NCBI RefSeq assembly: GCF_902713615.1
Contig: NC_052156.1
Location: 32,534,776-32,598,775 of the forward strand
From: Scyliorhinus canicula
Lineage: Eukaryota
Reading direction: 5' to 3'
Length of the DNA: 64,000 bases
Shown piece by piece: positions 1 through 13,657 of this stretch (the first letter of the stretch is position 1; each line of letters opens with the position of its first letter). Position numbers and translations under genes: made by a program. The notes under the pieces were generated by a model that was not told where the DNA came from, ran no database searches, and worked only from the letters and a program-made list of their open reading frames with translations.

Positions 1-85
1 GAGTGGTGAGTGCCTGGAATGCGTTGCCGGGGCAGGTAGTGGAAGCAGATACATTAATGGTGTTCAAAAGGCATCTTGACAGGTG
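1..85 (+). mobile_element. CR1 LINE 3' fragment
   Basis: VSAWNALPGQVVEADT...FKRHLD is the CR1 ORF2 C-terminus. Confidence 0.8.
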
Positions 86-600
86 TGTTTTTCGGCGACG
101 GAGTCAATGGGATCTACCGGTCCCGGGATTTCCCGTTGACTGCACCCCTCATCGCTGGGAAACCCATGCACAGGTATGGGACTGGAGTGAGATAAGAAGT
201 TAAGATGACAGAGGCTTTCTGACTGCATTCTCATCCCTATTACTGGAATTCATGCCCCCTGCGACCGAGGGGAGGGAGCCTAATTTAAATGTTGAAGTTG
301 CGCTCTGGTTTCCCATGTGTTGGGTCAGATGATTGGTCACCTGTCTCAGCCCGCACACCAACACCCTGAGTTAAAATTAGCGCTTCACAAACAAATGCAC
401 TGCACCTGTAACACTTTCTAAGCAGCAGTCTGTTGTCATAAATACCTGAAAGTTGTTCATAATAGCTGAGGACCCATATTAAATGCTTAACAAAAAAACA
501 AATCTTCAGCTGTCCAAGGAATGCAGCATTTCTTTGTACACCTCCTTATAAGAGGCATTGGCAGAGAGGGTTCACAGCTACCTTATAATTAATAATGAGG

Positions 601-985
601 AGGTGGCACAGTGGTGCAGTGGTTAGCACTGCTGCCTCATGACTCTGAGGACCCAGCTTTGATCTCCGCCCCAGGCCACTGTCCGTGTGGAGTTTGCACA
701 TTCTCCCTGTGTCTGCGTGGGTCCCACCCCCACAACTCAGAGACATGCAGAGCAGCTGGATTGACCACGCAAAGACCATAAGGCCATAAGGCAAGGGAGC
801 AGAATTAGGCCACTCGACCCATCGAGTCTGCTCCGCCATTCAATCATCGCTGATATTTTTCTCATCCCATTTACCTTCCTTTTCCCCATAACCCCTGATC
901 CCCTTATTAATCAAGAACCAATCTATCTCTAAATTGCCCCTTAATTTGAAAAACTATGTCTGTGTACTCTAAATTTAAAATAACA
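601..985 (+). mobile_element. Short V-SINE interrupted by an antisense CR1 3' tail (about 771-929)
   Basis: tRNA-like head (GGTTAGCACTGCTGCCTCA) and V-domain (TTTGCACATTCTCCC). The SINE resumes at ctaaattgcccc after a segment that is the reverse complement of the CR1 3' end at about 62590-62735. Confidence 0.75.
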
Positions 986-1127
986 AACAATTAACAGTGA
1001 GGTTCTCCATTCAAACAAACTTACCCACTAAACATAAGCCTAGAAATTGGGCAAGGCAAAAGGCAGGTGTCAAAATGCACCACACATGGGCTTAATCCTT
1101 GCCAGGAGGACTAGGCCCAAGAATACA

Positions 1128-1640
1128 AGGGACGCGATTCAGCAGCCTTGTCACTCCCGACTTGGTGTCGGGACGAGGCTGTTGAATCTCACAAGAGGCT
1201 CCTCGCGGAATCTCGTGAGGCATCACAATCTGGATCTCGTTCTCGCTGAGCGAGATCCAGGTATGCAGATTTAATGGCTCATTTAAATATGCGCTTGCCA
1301 AATTCACCTGGTGATCGGCACTCAATGGCCAGGGCTGGGGGTTTCCCAGGCCATTCGGGACGCCCTGAGGACTCAATCTTGGACGGATGAGGGAGGAGCT
1401 ACAAAAACAGCCGGGGGAGAGGGGTACCTGAAATGGGGGGAAAGATCGGTGCAGCCGATAAAAATGGCGCCCCGATAGGAAATCCCTCGAAGTACGGCCT
1501 CGGCTGGGAGAATCTCCCCACGGCCAATTGAAACGGCAAAGTGCTGTTGAATAACGGGAGGTTGCCCAGTGCTGCAGGTGCCAAGAAACACCCCGCTAAA
1601 TGTGTCATTCAGCGGACTTTAATCCAAGTCTTCTGAATTA
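1128..1640. mobile_element. GC-rich non-autonomous DNA transposon (MITE, probably Harbinger-derived)
   Basis: Shares the GATCCAG...CTCATTTAAATAT core and the GTGCCAAGAAACAC subterminal motif with the copies at about 9530-10310 and 36200-37660. Confidence 0.6.
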
Positions 1641-1644
1641 CGGA

Positions 1645-3065
1645 CAAGATATAGCAAGAGTAGGCCATATGGCCCATTGAGCCTGTTCCGTCATTCATTA
1701 TGATCATGGCTGAACTTGGGATTCAACTCCATTTTCCTAATTGCTCCCCATATCCTTTATTCTCCAAGACAAAAAAATCTGTCTATTCCTGTCTTAAATG
1801 TATTCAACGATGGGTCATCCTATTCCTCTGAGTGAAGACATTTACCTCATCTCCTAAATAATCGGCCCCTAATCCTGGGACTGAGGCCCCATGTTTCAGC
1901 CATTCTAGCCAGTGTAAACAATCTCTGTGCCAAACCCACCCAGACACTTCAGAATTATGTGGGTTTCAATGAGATTGTCTCTCATTCTTTTAAACACCAC
2001 AAAATGTGAACCCAATTTACTTAGTATCTCATCATAAGCCAACCCCTTCATTTCAGGGACTTATTTACTGAGCCTGCACCTCCAATGAAAGTGTACCGTT
2101 TCTTAATAGTGGAGACAAAAACTGCGCATAATTGCGGCAAATTTGTCCTGCGTTCATCACGAGTGTAAACGCGACATGGGCTCAAAATGCCGTAAGACTC
2201 GGAAATCGGAATCTTGCCGACGAGGTCTTGTTTTCCGATTCTCCCCACCCTCTCCCCCACACCCACGGGCGACGTAATGAGGTTCTTGTCCAGGAAGGTC
2301 AGGAATCTCATTTCAATAAATTGATATGTAGATAGCGGATTTCCCTTCATGTTGTCCCCACCACCTTAATTGGAATTCCCCCATGTCGGCGATGTTTACA
2401 ACGGCTTTTTAAAAATTAAAACCAGGTGATGTGAACCCGTCGGGGGCACACGGGTAAATAAAGTACCCCCAGGGGGAGAGGGGCGTGCCTGCTCACCACT
2501 CCCAACATGTTGGCGCTGCCTCCTGGGGAAGTCCATTGGGGGGGAGACGCGGGGGTACCCCTTATTGGTGGGGGTTGGGTCCCCTCCTGCCTGCGATGGG
2601 GGTTTCCCTCATTTTTGTGGTGGGCTTCCACTTGTGCATGTGGGAGGGGTCCCCATGTCTGTAGGGTGCTTTTCCGTGTGCGCACTTGGGGGGGGGGGGG
2701 GGGGTCAGGGTTCTTGTATTTTTTGTTGAAGATTGGAGTTTGGGATTCCCCCCAGCTGCCGGCTTTTTCCGGCCCCGCACTGTCAGTGTGATGGTGTGAG
2801 CCACAGCTCCAGATCTTTGCTGCACAGAGTGCTAGATTAGCTGGAGGTACGAGCCAACTACAGCCTGCGAGCTGCACTCCGGTTTTCCCACCTCAGCCAG
2901 CACTCTGGACAGAGAATGGAAACTTCTGCTCAATGTGCTCTCATCAAAATCTTGTACAATTGTAGGAAGACTTCCTTATTCTTGTGTTCCAATTCCTTTG
3001 CACTAAAGGCCAACATGCAATTTCTCTTCATAATTACTTGCTGCACCTGCATGCCAATATTCTGC
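1645..3065 (-). mobile_element. Old CR1 3' fragment split by a MITE (about 2133-2915)
   Basis: Antisense CR1 tail (ggccatatggcccattgagcctg) and ORF2 remnants on both sides of a GC/poly-G-rich insert. Confidence 0.6.
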
Positions 3066-3973
3066 GTTTAAAATTGTCCAGCACCTGAGGTGTCTCAATA
3101 GAACTAAATTGGCCCTTGAACAGCTGGGACCTGTGTACACCATGCTTGATTTACCCATTTCATCTGGCAAGTTGTAAGTGGGGTCCTATGATAGGATTAG
3201 CACCTGATATGCATCTTTAAACAGCCCTCAGGGTGTCCAGATTCTCAAAAGTCAAAACCGGGACACATTGGCACTGGTCTCCTGCTCTCCCCCACTCATC
3301 TCCAACTCCTCCCCACCCCTCCACCCCAACACCGCCCCTTGCTGACCTTTGACTCTCCCCCCACTCTCCTCTGGCTTTGCTCCGCTCTCCCCTGATGACT
3401 GTGGTGATATGCACTCCTTTCCCCCATTGGCCTCCTCCACTGGTTGGTCAATCAGCACATTCTGATAGAATAGCTCATCAGAACAAATAAAGGCATCAAA
3501 ATTCTGTCCCATCGACAACCAGTCCATTCTGGGGGGGGGAACAATTTGCGGCTCTGGATGCCGATGAGAAGGATTTCTGCCCCCTGCGGGAGCACCCAGC
3601 GCAGCCGCGTAGCATCCAGTGGGTGGACAACATTCCAATTCGCAGGGAGCAGCTGAGAGCGTTCTCTTAGGGTTTGCCAACAGTAAATGGACCCTGAGGT
3701 AAAAGGGAGGGGAGCGGAAATGAAGAAAATGGATGCTGATGTGAAAAGGCGAAATGTTGACGGAAATCTGGTCTGGCTCATGTAAAGAGGAAAAAGCTGC
3801 ACACTGGGGCATCTGGTCACCATATCATGCCTGTTTCGGATGGGAATGCTGGGCACCCATTTGAAGGCCAGCTGTCGGAAAATTAAAATAAACTAAAAAG
3901 ATGTCTCCATCAAATATCGGTTTAGCAGTGCAATGATTCATTTCTATCTGCTTTTCTCCAACTCTCCTTACAG

Positions 3974-4172
3974 AAATGCTGCGACTGCTGTATGTTAGGA
4001 ATTATATTTCGGAGCCAGTATGGAATATGTGAAGAAAAGCCAAGTCTAGGCTATCCTTGCAGTCAAGCGTATTTCAGCTGCTGTGAGTGGGCTGAAGATA
4101 TTACTCACTTTCCAGTAAAAAGATGGCTCAAACCAAAGCCACGACCAGAGCCGCCTCTTGTTCCAGACCAAG
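3974..4172 (+). CDS. FBLN2: Fibulin-2-like exon: third anaphylatoxin-like module plus linker (KCCDCCMLGIIFRSQYGICEEKPSLGYPCSQAYFSCCE...PDQ)
   Basis: Acceptor ctccttacag and donor G/gtgcag. 199 nt, phase 0 to 1. The CCxCCxLG...C...GYPC...SCC pattern matches fibulin-2 AT3 (human QCCDCCGLG...CESNPNLGYPCNHVMLSCCE, from memory). Confidence 0.92.
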
Positions 4173-4334
4173 GTGCAGTATAGTTTTGTCATTACATTTC
4201 TCCGATAGCAAACAAAGTCAGCACAGTATCATTTTAGATATTAAATGTCAGCCTTCAAGAGATGGAGACGTTGTGGACTGCAAAATACTTTGGGGAGATG
4301 TTTGACTGCCAGTTGCCTATTCCTCACCTGACAA

Positions 4335-4510
4335 AGTGGATTGGCCATGCTAAATTGCCGTTAGTGTCCAAAATTGCCCTTAGTGTTGGGTGGGGTTACT
4401 GGGTTATGGGGATAGGGTGGGGTTGTGGGCTTGGGTAGGGTGCTCCTTCCAAGAGCCGGTGCAGACTCGATGGGCCGAATGGTCTCCTTCTGCAGTGTAA
4501 ATTCTATGAA
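4335..4510 (+). mobile_element. 5'-truncated V-SINE (HE1-like) with CR1-type tail
   Basis: Nearly identical to 19515-19690. Confidence 0.85.
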
Positions 4511-7500
4511 AGTGAGCAATTGTTAGTTGAAAAATCACTGGGGAACCGTTGTGTCCATTTCCCAGCCTGAGGCAACTTTCAGACATGCCTTTAAATGGGT
4601 CCCAGCATTCTCACCCCCAAAAATATACAAATCAGAGTCCTGGTCCTATTCTAAGGGCTTGATTTTCACTGAGTTGGGAAGACTCTACAGGGCTTTAAAA
4701 GTGACGGGCGGATCCGGAGTGGAACTCTCTCTCTCATTTCCAATCGATCCAAATTTTGCCAGTCGGGAAAGAGAGCGGTCATGATTCATGCAAGGGAAAA
4801 GCCAGAGCTTAGCCAGGCCATTTGAACATGGTGCTGAATTAAAATAGACCCATTTTGGCTGCTGCAAGCACCTTAACCTACAGATTGGGAGTCACAAATT
4901 GATGGAATAGACTCTTGAAGGGTGGATAAGCTCTGTACAACTGTTATGATCTGAAGTTTTTTGAATGTCCCTCTCTTCAAACTAAAAATACCTTCTGCTG
5001 GACTGATTTGATTGACAGTGGTAGGTTAAAAAAAACACCTATCCTTGCAGTTACATTGGAGCTCTTTGTTGACATTTCCCAAGGGCTATGATTATGTCAT
5101 TATGAATGTTTGGCTGGGTTTCAAAAGCTACAAAATGTTCTGAATTCATAGTTTTATTGACACTTTAAATAATCTATTGAAGGATTATATTGATGCAGGA
5201 TCTGAACAGATTTTTTTTTCTACAACTAATTGAGGAAACCGACTTGAGGAAATTTGAATTGGCTTTAGAAATGGGAGGTTTTTTTTGCTATCAAGTATGG
5301 AGGAGTGAAAGCTATTTGTTCTTTCAACCTCACATGGTTCTAAGGTCTGTCCATAGTGGATACTGGGTGAGTCGCAATGAGGTTGGCATGGAGGGTGTGA
5401 GGAGCCATGGGTGTTGGGTGGGGGGCATGAGGTGGCATGTTGGGCATGAGAGGCCATGGGGGACTGGGTGGGTGAAGGGATATGAATGGTTGAGGACTGG
5501 AAAGCCTAAAGTCTTCTGAAACAACTGGGACAAAGTGTCCAGAAAATCAAATTGGACTCTCTAATTAACCTGCCACTGCCCTAGCCCACCACCGTGGCTG
5601 CCCACATTCTTCTTCCAGAGTTGGCGATCTCAGCTCTATCCCGCACTCCCATCCCAGAATGGAAAATCATGGGTTTTGGAATACTTTTTACCGAGGCAGG
5701 TCAGGAGACTGGGGAATTTCCCCGACTCAAGCTCGCCACACGGTAGTCAAGTTCTGGCCTGAAGACTGTGTTTGCAACTTTCAAGGTCGAATGTGCTGTG
5801 CTTGCGTACCCAAGACCTCCTGAAGCCTGGCTCATATTTCCCAAAGGCCCACTGGAGACCTGACTGCCGAAAGAATCACTGGGTGGACACACACAAAGAA
5901 CCCCTCGCGTGCTGTTGACCTAAACTCGAATCACTTTAACTCAGTCTCCCACACTAACATCACCCCCCCACCTGCCTCGCTGCCAAACCCCGCCCCTCCC
6001 AAAACCCCACCGGAAGTTATTCCTATCTCGAATAGGACTTACTCTACCAGCCACTAAGATGCAGTAGATGGACTGTTTTCCTTTTAAGGAAACTGGTGAT
6101 CTATGATCTTTGACACCTGCAGTTTGCTGAGAAAATGTTAATGAGGATGTGAAACCATAAAGTTCCTCGAGAATTCCGACTCTTGCACTGTTGCCATGGT
6201 AATCACTCGGTGCCCAACCTGAAACCTCCCTCAAAGACCATCACAAACTCCCCTCTACCAGCAAATGTAGTCTATTCCATTCGGGCCTCCTAACTCACTC
6301 TTGTATTAATTATTGTTGAAAATGGCACCTGAGATTTGCTATTGTGATCTTTTTAACCAAAATAAAGTTGAACCTGAATAAATTTGAAAACATTAACTTT
6401 GAACAAGGTAGAAAGTTGGTGGAATCTAGAAACCGCTGCCTGCAAAGGTAATAGAGAATGATATCTGTAATAATTATAACAGGGAGTTACAGGGAAAGCT
6501 ACCAGAGGATAAGGTTATGGACAAGAGTGGGGATTTCTAACAGCCAGGACAGGATGATGAGTTTGATAGTCTCCTACCATGTTCTTAAGTTTTTATAATT
6601 CTGTGATAACAGAATGCACCAAAGAGATTTGGCCAGAATTTGTGGGCCCCAGCAAAGTTGGGAACAGAGGTGGACAAGGTGGCACCGGCTGTTTTAGGGG
6701 TTGGTGGATGAGTTTGGGATCTGGCAAGGTCACTCGCCTCCATGAAGCAGGTAGCCATTTTGACTCATTGTCAAAGGTAGGTGGAGATCGTCTGAGGTCT
6801 TCTAGACAGCCTCCAGTTTCCCGACGATATGCTGGTCGGTTCAACTGCTTGGAGGAGGGCACCTCGTGGTAGGCCGGGATGCCAGTATTCCAGGCAAGCC
6901 TACAGGCCCTCCCTACCCCGGCCAAGGTATGGAATCAACCAAAGGCTGCCCTGTAGATGGATTCCCCTCCAACACCACTTCCCCGCCCAACCTCACATTT
7001 GTTACCTGGCAGTTTTAAAAACATTTTAAAATTTAATTTAAAGAAGTTGACTAGACGGTGCCTTCATGTTGAGGCATCTTCTCAGTTTTTGCTTCTCTGG
7101 AGCTGGAAGACCTGATTGTCCCTCCAGCTTTGAGAGTCAGCCTGCCATCATTAATTGGACAAGGAACCTGTGTCCATGGCAACTAAGGGGATGCCTCTGT
7201 CAAAATCCCAATGAGTAACGGCCCCACCCCCCACCCAGGGGAATATTTGGGATCAGGAAACAGTTCCGGCTCATGTTTCCCCCAGCCAAGGTGAACATTC
7301 AGCTCCTGATATCTAAATACAGCTTTAATTGCAGAGTGACGCGACAGGCACTTAATTACAAGTACAAGAAATGTGTAATGCAGGCCTGACTCATTGACGA
7401 TTTGTTTTTCCATAAGCTATTTGAAGGTTTTTGTCTGTCTGCTAACCTGTCAACACTGAAAAATAAGCAAGCAAATTAAAATGCTTTTTGAAATGTTCCG

Positions 7501-9529
7501 CCCACTAGCCAACACGACTTTCAGTCAGGCGTCAATAACTGACGCTGGTGCATTGTGTAATTTTCATGTATCTGCACACACTGTCCAGTATTGGTTATCC
7601 CGTTGACAAAACTGGTAGTTCAAGGGACGCCTGGAGGCTACGACCCAGGCAACCAAAGGAACAGCCCTCGCGTTGATCTGTTTCTATGGGGCAATGAACA
7701 GTGTACTTTCCAAAAAGTCTTCCCACGCCACCGGCAGCCTTGCAGCGGCAACCAATGCCTTGGCATTCCCCCATCGCTGTTTAAGGTTTGACGACTAGTT
7801 CTGCGGACCAGTCACTGTAGTTGCCTGTGTCCCGCCCTCCCTCAGCACCACCAATTCTCTCCTGCACACTCGCAACCCCCTTCCACCACCGTTGCCCTGC
7901 CCCCCACCCCCCCCAACCCACCCACCCACAATCCCCGATCGGTGGGTAAACAATGAGTACTTGTTGATCAGTGAGAGTTTGCATTCATGAGGCCTGACCA
8001 TGAAATTGGCTACGGTCTCTCACTAGGGCCAATTTCCGGGCTGTCCGATTGCTCGGCCCTCCTCCTCGATATGTACTCCATGTGAAAGAGTCAATCCTGT
8101 TATGCTTTTTGTTCACATTTTCAGTGATTATAATCGTGTATTTAAGTTAGTTTTGATAATTTGCGATAACATAATTGTTTTAGTCTGTGAAAGCTCACCA
8201 CCGTTGAAAGCTAAAGCTTTCAGTCTACTGCATAAGTTGCTGGGGTGAAGATCGATACATGTGGTGATTGGCATACAGACCGATTGGCGTATGTTTGTAC
8301 CCTGAAGTGTTGGAAAGGAGCAGTAAAGACTTTCATTGTTACACAGTAATTTACACTTAGAGGCCTGTGTTTCTGTGGAATATAGTACAACAGTTCATTT
8401 GTCATAGCTGGCACAGTGTAGGGCAATTTAAAATGTGGTCATGTTTCAATGTGCATACATTTGTACTCTTACAATGTGCTTTACAAAATTGGTAATCAGA
8501 AATGTATGCACTTCAGAAGTAGTTCAGTGAAAATAAATTGTTGATGAGTTATTAATGAACAGTATAATTAAATGAACATTTATCTTTACTTGCAACATTA
8601 GAGAGTGGCAGTGTATTTATGTCAGGCATTAAGCCATATCAAATTCTAAATGATTGCTTATCTGTTTTGCTTGTTCAGTTTTTTTAAGAGTAGATAGTTT
8701 GCAAACCCTATTTATAAATCGCGTGACTCAGGTATCCTTGATTCTATTTCCTGAGGTTGATGTACGATGTGAACTCTGCATAATGTTGCCTGTCCAATCC
8801 AGAATTAAAGGCATCAAGGATTCGAACAACAGCAATCAATAGCAGCAGGCGTGACATTGAGAGAAATGATGCTTGCAATTTGGTCCCAGCCTCAAGGGCT
8901 CTGCCACAGATTTGTGTGGAGTTGTCACCCACTCATCAATGCATTCATTCGTGAATTCCCCATACATTGCTGCAAGAATGTTAGTTTTGCTACTCTGCAG
9001 AACTAACAATGTATGGCACAGGCTGGGTGCACATTCACAAACGATTAGTGCTGGATCACGTGGTCCGGGGTGCACACTGTTGACATCAAATAAATCTACA
9101 CAGGAACATCCCATGGTGCCCATGGCTAGAATTTAGGTTGGCTTGAGGGAGGATTCCCTCCATGTGTCAGATGTGGCAAGGTCCAGCAGTGCTATATGGT
9201 GCAGGCAGTATTAGAGGGCAGCTAACAGTCAACCACAGCACCAAAACCCGGAAGCAGGCTGTTGCAGTAAAAAGGCTTTGGAAATCCAATTTCGTAGGTG
9301 TGATTGATTCTACAAAATTAAAAAAGTAAATATGTTTTTCAAAATTTGAAATTTAAACTATTTTTAAGAAGTTCCATAATTTTAATCAGCCAAATTGTTA
9401 AAAAAAAACAGCATTTAAAAGGCTGATAAATCCAGCAAAGAAATTAATAGGTCTTGCTTTTTAACAAGATTTATCACACTTTTTAAAATTCCGGGCACTA
9501 TTTAACAGTAAGAAAATCAGAGTCTGCTG

Positions 9530-10310
9530 TTGTACACGTTTAGCGGGGTGCTTCCTGGTGGCTGCAGTGCCAAGAAACACTCTGCTATTAAATGACACTT
9601 TGCTGTTTTTTTTCACCTTGACTGGGAATACCCCACCGAAGCCGCACTTACATCATTTCCTGCACTGACGAGCTCAGCTTGCCAGTGCAGGAAGTGTACA
9701 TGTGGATCAGGGCGCCATTTTTAAAGGCAGGCTCGATCATTCAACCCCACTGCGGCCTACGAACACCCCCTCGCCCCACTGCACCCAACCTACCTCTCAT
9801 GGGCTTCTTGAGCCCCCTCATCTCACCTCTTGAGGGCAAGGCATCCCAGGACCAACCTCTGGCATGGGCAACCTGGCGCCTGGGCACCATGGCTGTCCCA
9901 GGATGCCATGGTGGCACTGTCAGGGTACCTGGCTGGCAGTGTCAAGGGGCCTGGGTACCACCCTGCCCAAAGTCCTACACCCAGGGTCTCCAAAGGCCGA
10001 GGAGACCCCTCCAGGTGCCGTTACGACTGGTCTATGTTTTTGTGGACCAGGTGCTAGACGATGTCCGGTCAAGGCCTCGCTGTGGAGTCTGTTAGTTTGC
10101 GGGTCCCGGGAGAATACGGTGCAGACATATTAAAATGAGCCTAATGTCTCATTTAAATATGCTGACCTGGATCACACCCAGTGAGGGTGAGATTCAGATT
10201 GTGACGTCTCACAAAATTTCGGTAAATATTGTGAGGTCCTTTGAGCGCTGGATTCAATGGCCTTGCCCAACACCATATTGGACACGACAGCGGCATTAAA
10301 TTGAGCCCTT
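9530..10310. mobile_element. GC-rich MITE with internal GGCAC/GTGCC micro-repeats
   Basis: Same architecture as 36200-37660 and 45800-47090. Contains an ATTTAAATAT core. Confidence 0.6.
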
Positions 10311-10631
10311 CATGTTTGAAAAATTAATCGACTATAACGTCATAAGAATTCACACATTCAGAAGTGCCTCGTTATGCCTGGAAATAACAGGGCCGAAACG
10401 TTAAAGTATAATTGATATATCTAAATTGTTGGCAATTAGCCATGGCATGTTTGGAGGTGGAGATGGCATTTAATCAGGCAGGAGGGTGGCGTGCATGTAC
10501 CCAATCGCTTTCCTGCCTCCGCCAACATTAAGTCCCGGGTGGAAAGGCCCATGATAGGACTTACTGCCCTCCCATCAATTGGGGTCCTCAAATGTACACT
10601 TAATGACCACCAAACGTTTTCATCCTCCAAC

Positions 10632-11123
10632 TGCTTCAACAGGGTCCTGCTCCTCAATGGCTGAGGCCATCTCCTGGGCTATCTGGCTGCCATTGCAGTT
10701 AAGCAGATCTTACTAGGCCATAAATTCGTGCTGATGAGAGCACCAAGCCAGATCTTCTGGAGGACTGTAGGAGGAATGTTGCTGTATAAGACAAAGTGAG
10801 TCAAACTGCCTTGGATGACTGAAGGTCTTCGATGGGATCCCTCCTCTAAATGACAAGAGGAAACGTATGGTCATGCAGCAGCCCTGAAGACTGTACTTTT
10901 GAAGCCAACTCGTAAGGTTGCTTTCCTTGGGCACCTTGTTCATGAAGTTAGTTGGAAATACCAGGCATTTACAGCCACAGTTGAAGAGAAGAGTAAAGAA
11001 AAAAACAAGGTTCACTATGAGAAAAAGGAGAACATTTTAAAACTGAAGAAAGTAGCCGAGAAGAATGTTGAAATCAAAATGGCCGAGTACACTGCAGTTC
11101 TGGAACAATATGATGTTCTTGGC
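10632..11123 (+). pseudogene. RPL13A: Processed pseudogene of 60S ribosomal protein L13a
   Basis: Translates, with stops and frameshifts, as FNRVLLLNG*GHLLGYLAAIAVKQILLGHKFVLMR/APSQIFWRTVGGML...LKVFDGIPP...[22 protein letters not shown]...AEKNVE. Intronless. TGA at 10662. Confidence 0.93.
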
Positions 11124-11959
11124 AGGAAAAGCTGGAGTTAAAAAAATAACTCAGCACTGGGAACATGTCAAGCTAAACTGTGCAGGTTGCTTGTGGCCTT
11201 GCATGGTGGGTGGAGTGTTCTCTCATTCAACAGCACTCACTGCTTGACCACTGCATCGGAAAGCAGGGGCCCAGCTGAGAGTCAACCACCTGCCCTTGTG
11301 GCTAATCTCCCTCGCCCCCTTTCCCTCATGAACGCTCGCACCGTGAAACCCCTCCCGCCATGATTTACCTCTGCTCCGGGTCACTCCTACATCCTGGGCC
11401 TCTGGTGGCTTACATTCCTGTAGCAGCCACCGCCTCCCTCGTGAGGGTGGTGAGCAAAAGACCTGCCGACCTCTGATTGGTTAGCAGCCCCAGGCGGGAT
11501 TTCTGCCCCTGATGTCCTTGACCCTGGGGAAGGCCCACCAGTGGCCACTTTATTAGAAGCTGGCCTTCCCAGAGGTAGCAATGTGGCCTCTCCCAGGAAC
11601 ATCAGTCGGCAGGTGAGACCACCGACTCCTGTGTAAAATTCACTCCCCACCCCTGTTGTTCAGTCGCAATGTCATTCAGCAGTGACGAACACTTAACACA
11701 TTGCCACTACTGGCCCTCTGTGTATGTTTTTGCTTATTAATCTCCCTTCTGTCGACAGTTCCTCTGAGGTAAAGGTCCCAGGGCCTCTGCAGCATAATAT
11801 TTAGCAAGTCAGTATTGAGTAAAATCAGCTAGGGTGCAAAACAGACTGCAGTTACTGCCCATTTTGGTCCTGCAATGAAGTTGGAATTTCATCCCCGTTG
11901 TGTTGCTAAGGAGATGGGGGTTGGTGTGTGAGTCCTTGAATGCCGACACACTCACAGTG

Positions 11960-12590
11960 AAAGAATAAACTGAATCGGGCGGAGAATCAACTCCGACACC
12001 AAAATAGGGGCCGGCGCTAGTTTGACACCGATCAGCCATGCTCCGCCCCCTCCGAAATAGTGTAATTGTGTCGCATGCCGCGTGCCTTGCAACGGTGTTG
12101 GCGCGTCATCGGCCAGCCCTCCAACTATGCTCCGCCCCTGATGGGCTGAATTCCCGATGGCACGGGACATGTGTGGTCTGAGCCGTGCGGGAACCCGGCA
12201 GGGTGGCTGCGGATTGTTTCCAGTGCTCCCACACTTGGCCGGGATCTGTATCGCTGGACGAGGGGGGGGGGGGGAGGCGGGGGGGGGGAGGCTTCTGCAA
12301 TGGCTGGGGGGCCTGGTGAGGATGGCCAAGGGGTGGGCTTTGGGTCACATATGGTGGGTCGGGACCGCGTACGGCCAGCGCCATGTTGTATGGCGCGGCC
12401 ACTGAAGATTGTCCGCCATGCGCATGAGTGGCCAGTGACCCGGCCATTCTCCAGCCCTTTACGGTGCGGGAGCCGAAAATTTCACAGATCCCGGAAGCGG
12501 TGAGGATTCCACGCAGATTTCTTGGTCATAAAAGACCATACATGATCCGCTGGCGTCAGCACATAGCCGCTAAAATGGAGAATCCAGCCC
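11960..12590. mobile_element. GC-rich MITE ending GGAGAATCCAGCCC
   Basis: Terminus resembles those at 24868, 31957, 37512 and 47090. Confidence 0.65.
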
Positions 12591-12616
12591 AAAGTTTATC
12601 TTCCAAACTGAAACAT

Positions 12617-12874
12617 TATTTTTTTAACATTGTTTTTAAATTTTATTTTATTTTTTTAAAATTTAGATTATCCAATTATTTTTTCCAATTAAGGGGGCAA
12701 TTTAGTGTGGCCAATCCTCCTACTCTGCACATTTTTGGGTTGTGGGGGCGAAACCCACGCAGACACGGGGAGAATGTGCAAACTCCACTCGGACAGTGAC
12801 CCAGAGCCGGGTCGAACCTGGGACCTCAGCGCCGTGAGGCAGCTGTGCTAACCACTAGGCCACCGTGCTGCCCC
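12617..12874 (-). mobile_element. Short A-tailed V-SINE
   Basis: 14-bp TSD CCAAACTGAAACAT (12603-12616 and 12875-12888). A-rich tail and tRNA A/B boxes. Confidence 0.9.
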
Positions 12875-13657
12875 CCAAACTGAAACATAAATGAATTTCC
12901 TCATCCTATTTTCATGAGAGGAATTCTGAAATTTTCTCCTGTTTTTACATCTAAAGCTACTGAAATTAATTTTTCCCCAAATTCCTCCGAGGGTTGCTCA
13001 TCTGCCTTCATTGCAGTATAAAAACCGACATAAAACAAACATGATAGTACAGCATCAATAGGCTAACAGCAAATTAACGGCTGCCTTTTGCCATGGTGCC
13101 TCACAGTTAGAAGCTCTTTCCGCGATTGCTTTGTTTCCTCTCCCAGTTTTATGCAGAACAGGGATATGTCCATTGGTAAGGTCATTCCAGACTTCAGGCT
13201 TTCTAAAGGCCGAGAGGCCATTCGAGTGCACTGAGAGTGACAGTACTTTGGTTAATGTCATCCAGGTTTCAGTAAGAATCATTACTTTCAAATGTGATGA
13301 AAATTGCTGTCAGACACCAGACGTTAGCTGCATTGAGGTCAGGTGACTCTGGACCACACAGAGATGACATTTATTGGAAATCTACACCGGCGCATTACTA
13401 ATCCGCAAACACAGGAAACTTGTCTTGTACAGGCAGGGAGCAGATATGAAAGTGAGTTGAGAAAGATTGATGAAGACATATCACAAAGTTTTCAGGGCCT
13501 TGGGAGACCCAGTTAATGAAGGCATTGTGAATAACTTCAGGAGGCGAGCTAAGTGGCTTTACTTCACTGCTTGAGGGGCAGGAATGTTTCCCCCTGAGTT
13601 AGGTTACGGCCTGCTCCGGAGTGTTCTCACTCCAAATGAAAGCCAAGCCTATCATTT

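Noticed and set aside
3200-3870. 186-aa minus-strand ORF near the first exon, and similar ORFs at 38300-39500
   Set aside because: No recognisable domain. Probably old, decayed transposon-derived sequence that I cannot classify.
8679-8731. 53-nt exon-like segment (ttgttcag...CAG/gtatcc)
   Set aside because: It would shift the frame and hit TAG at the start of the next exon. It could be a poison exon, but nothing beyond splice-like motifs supports it.
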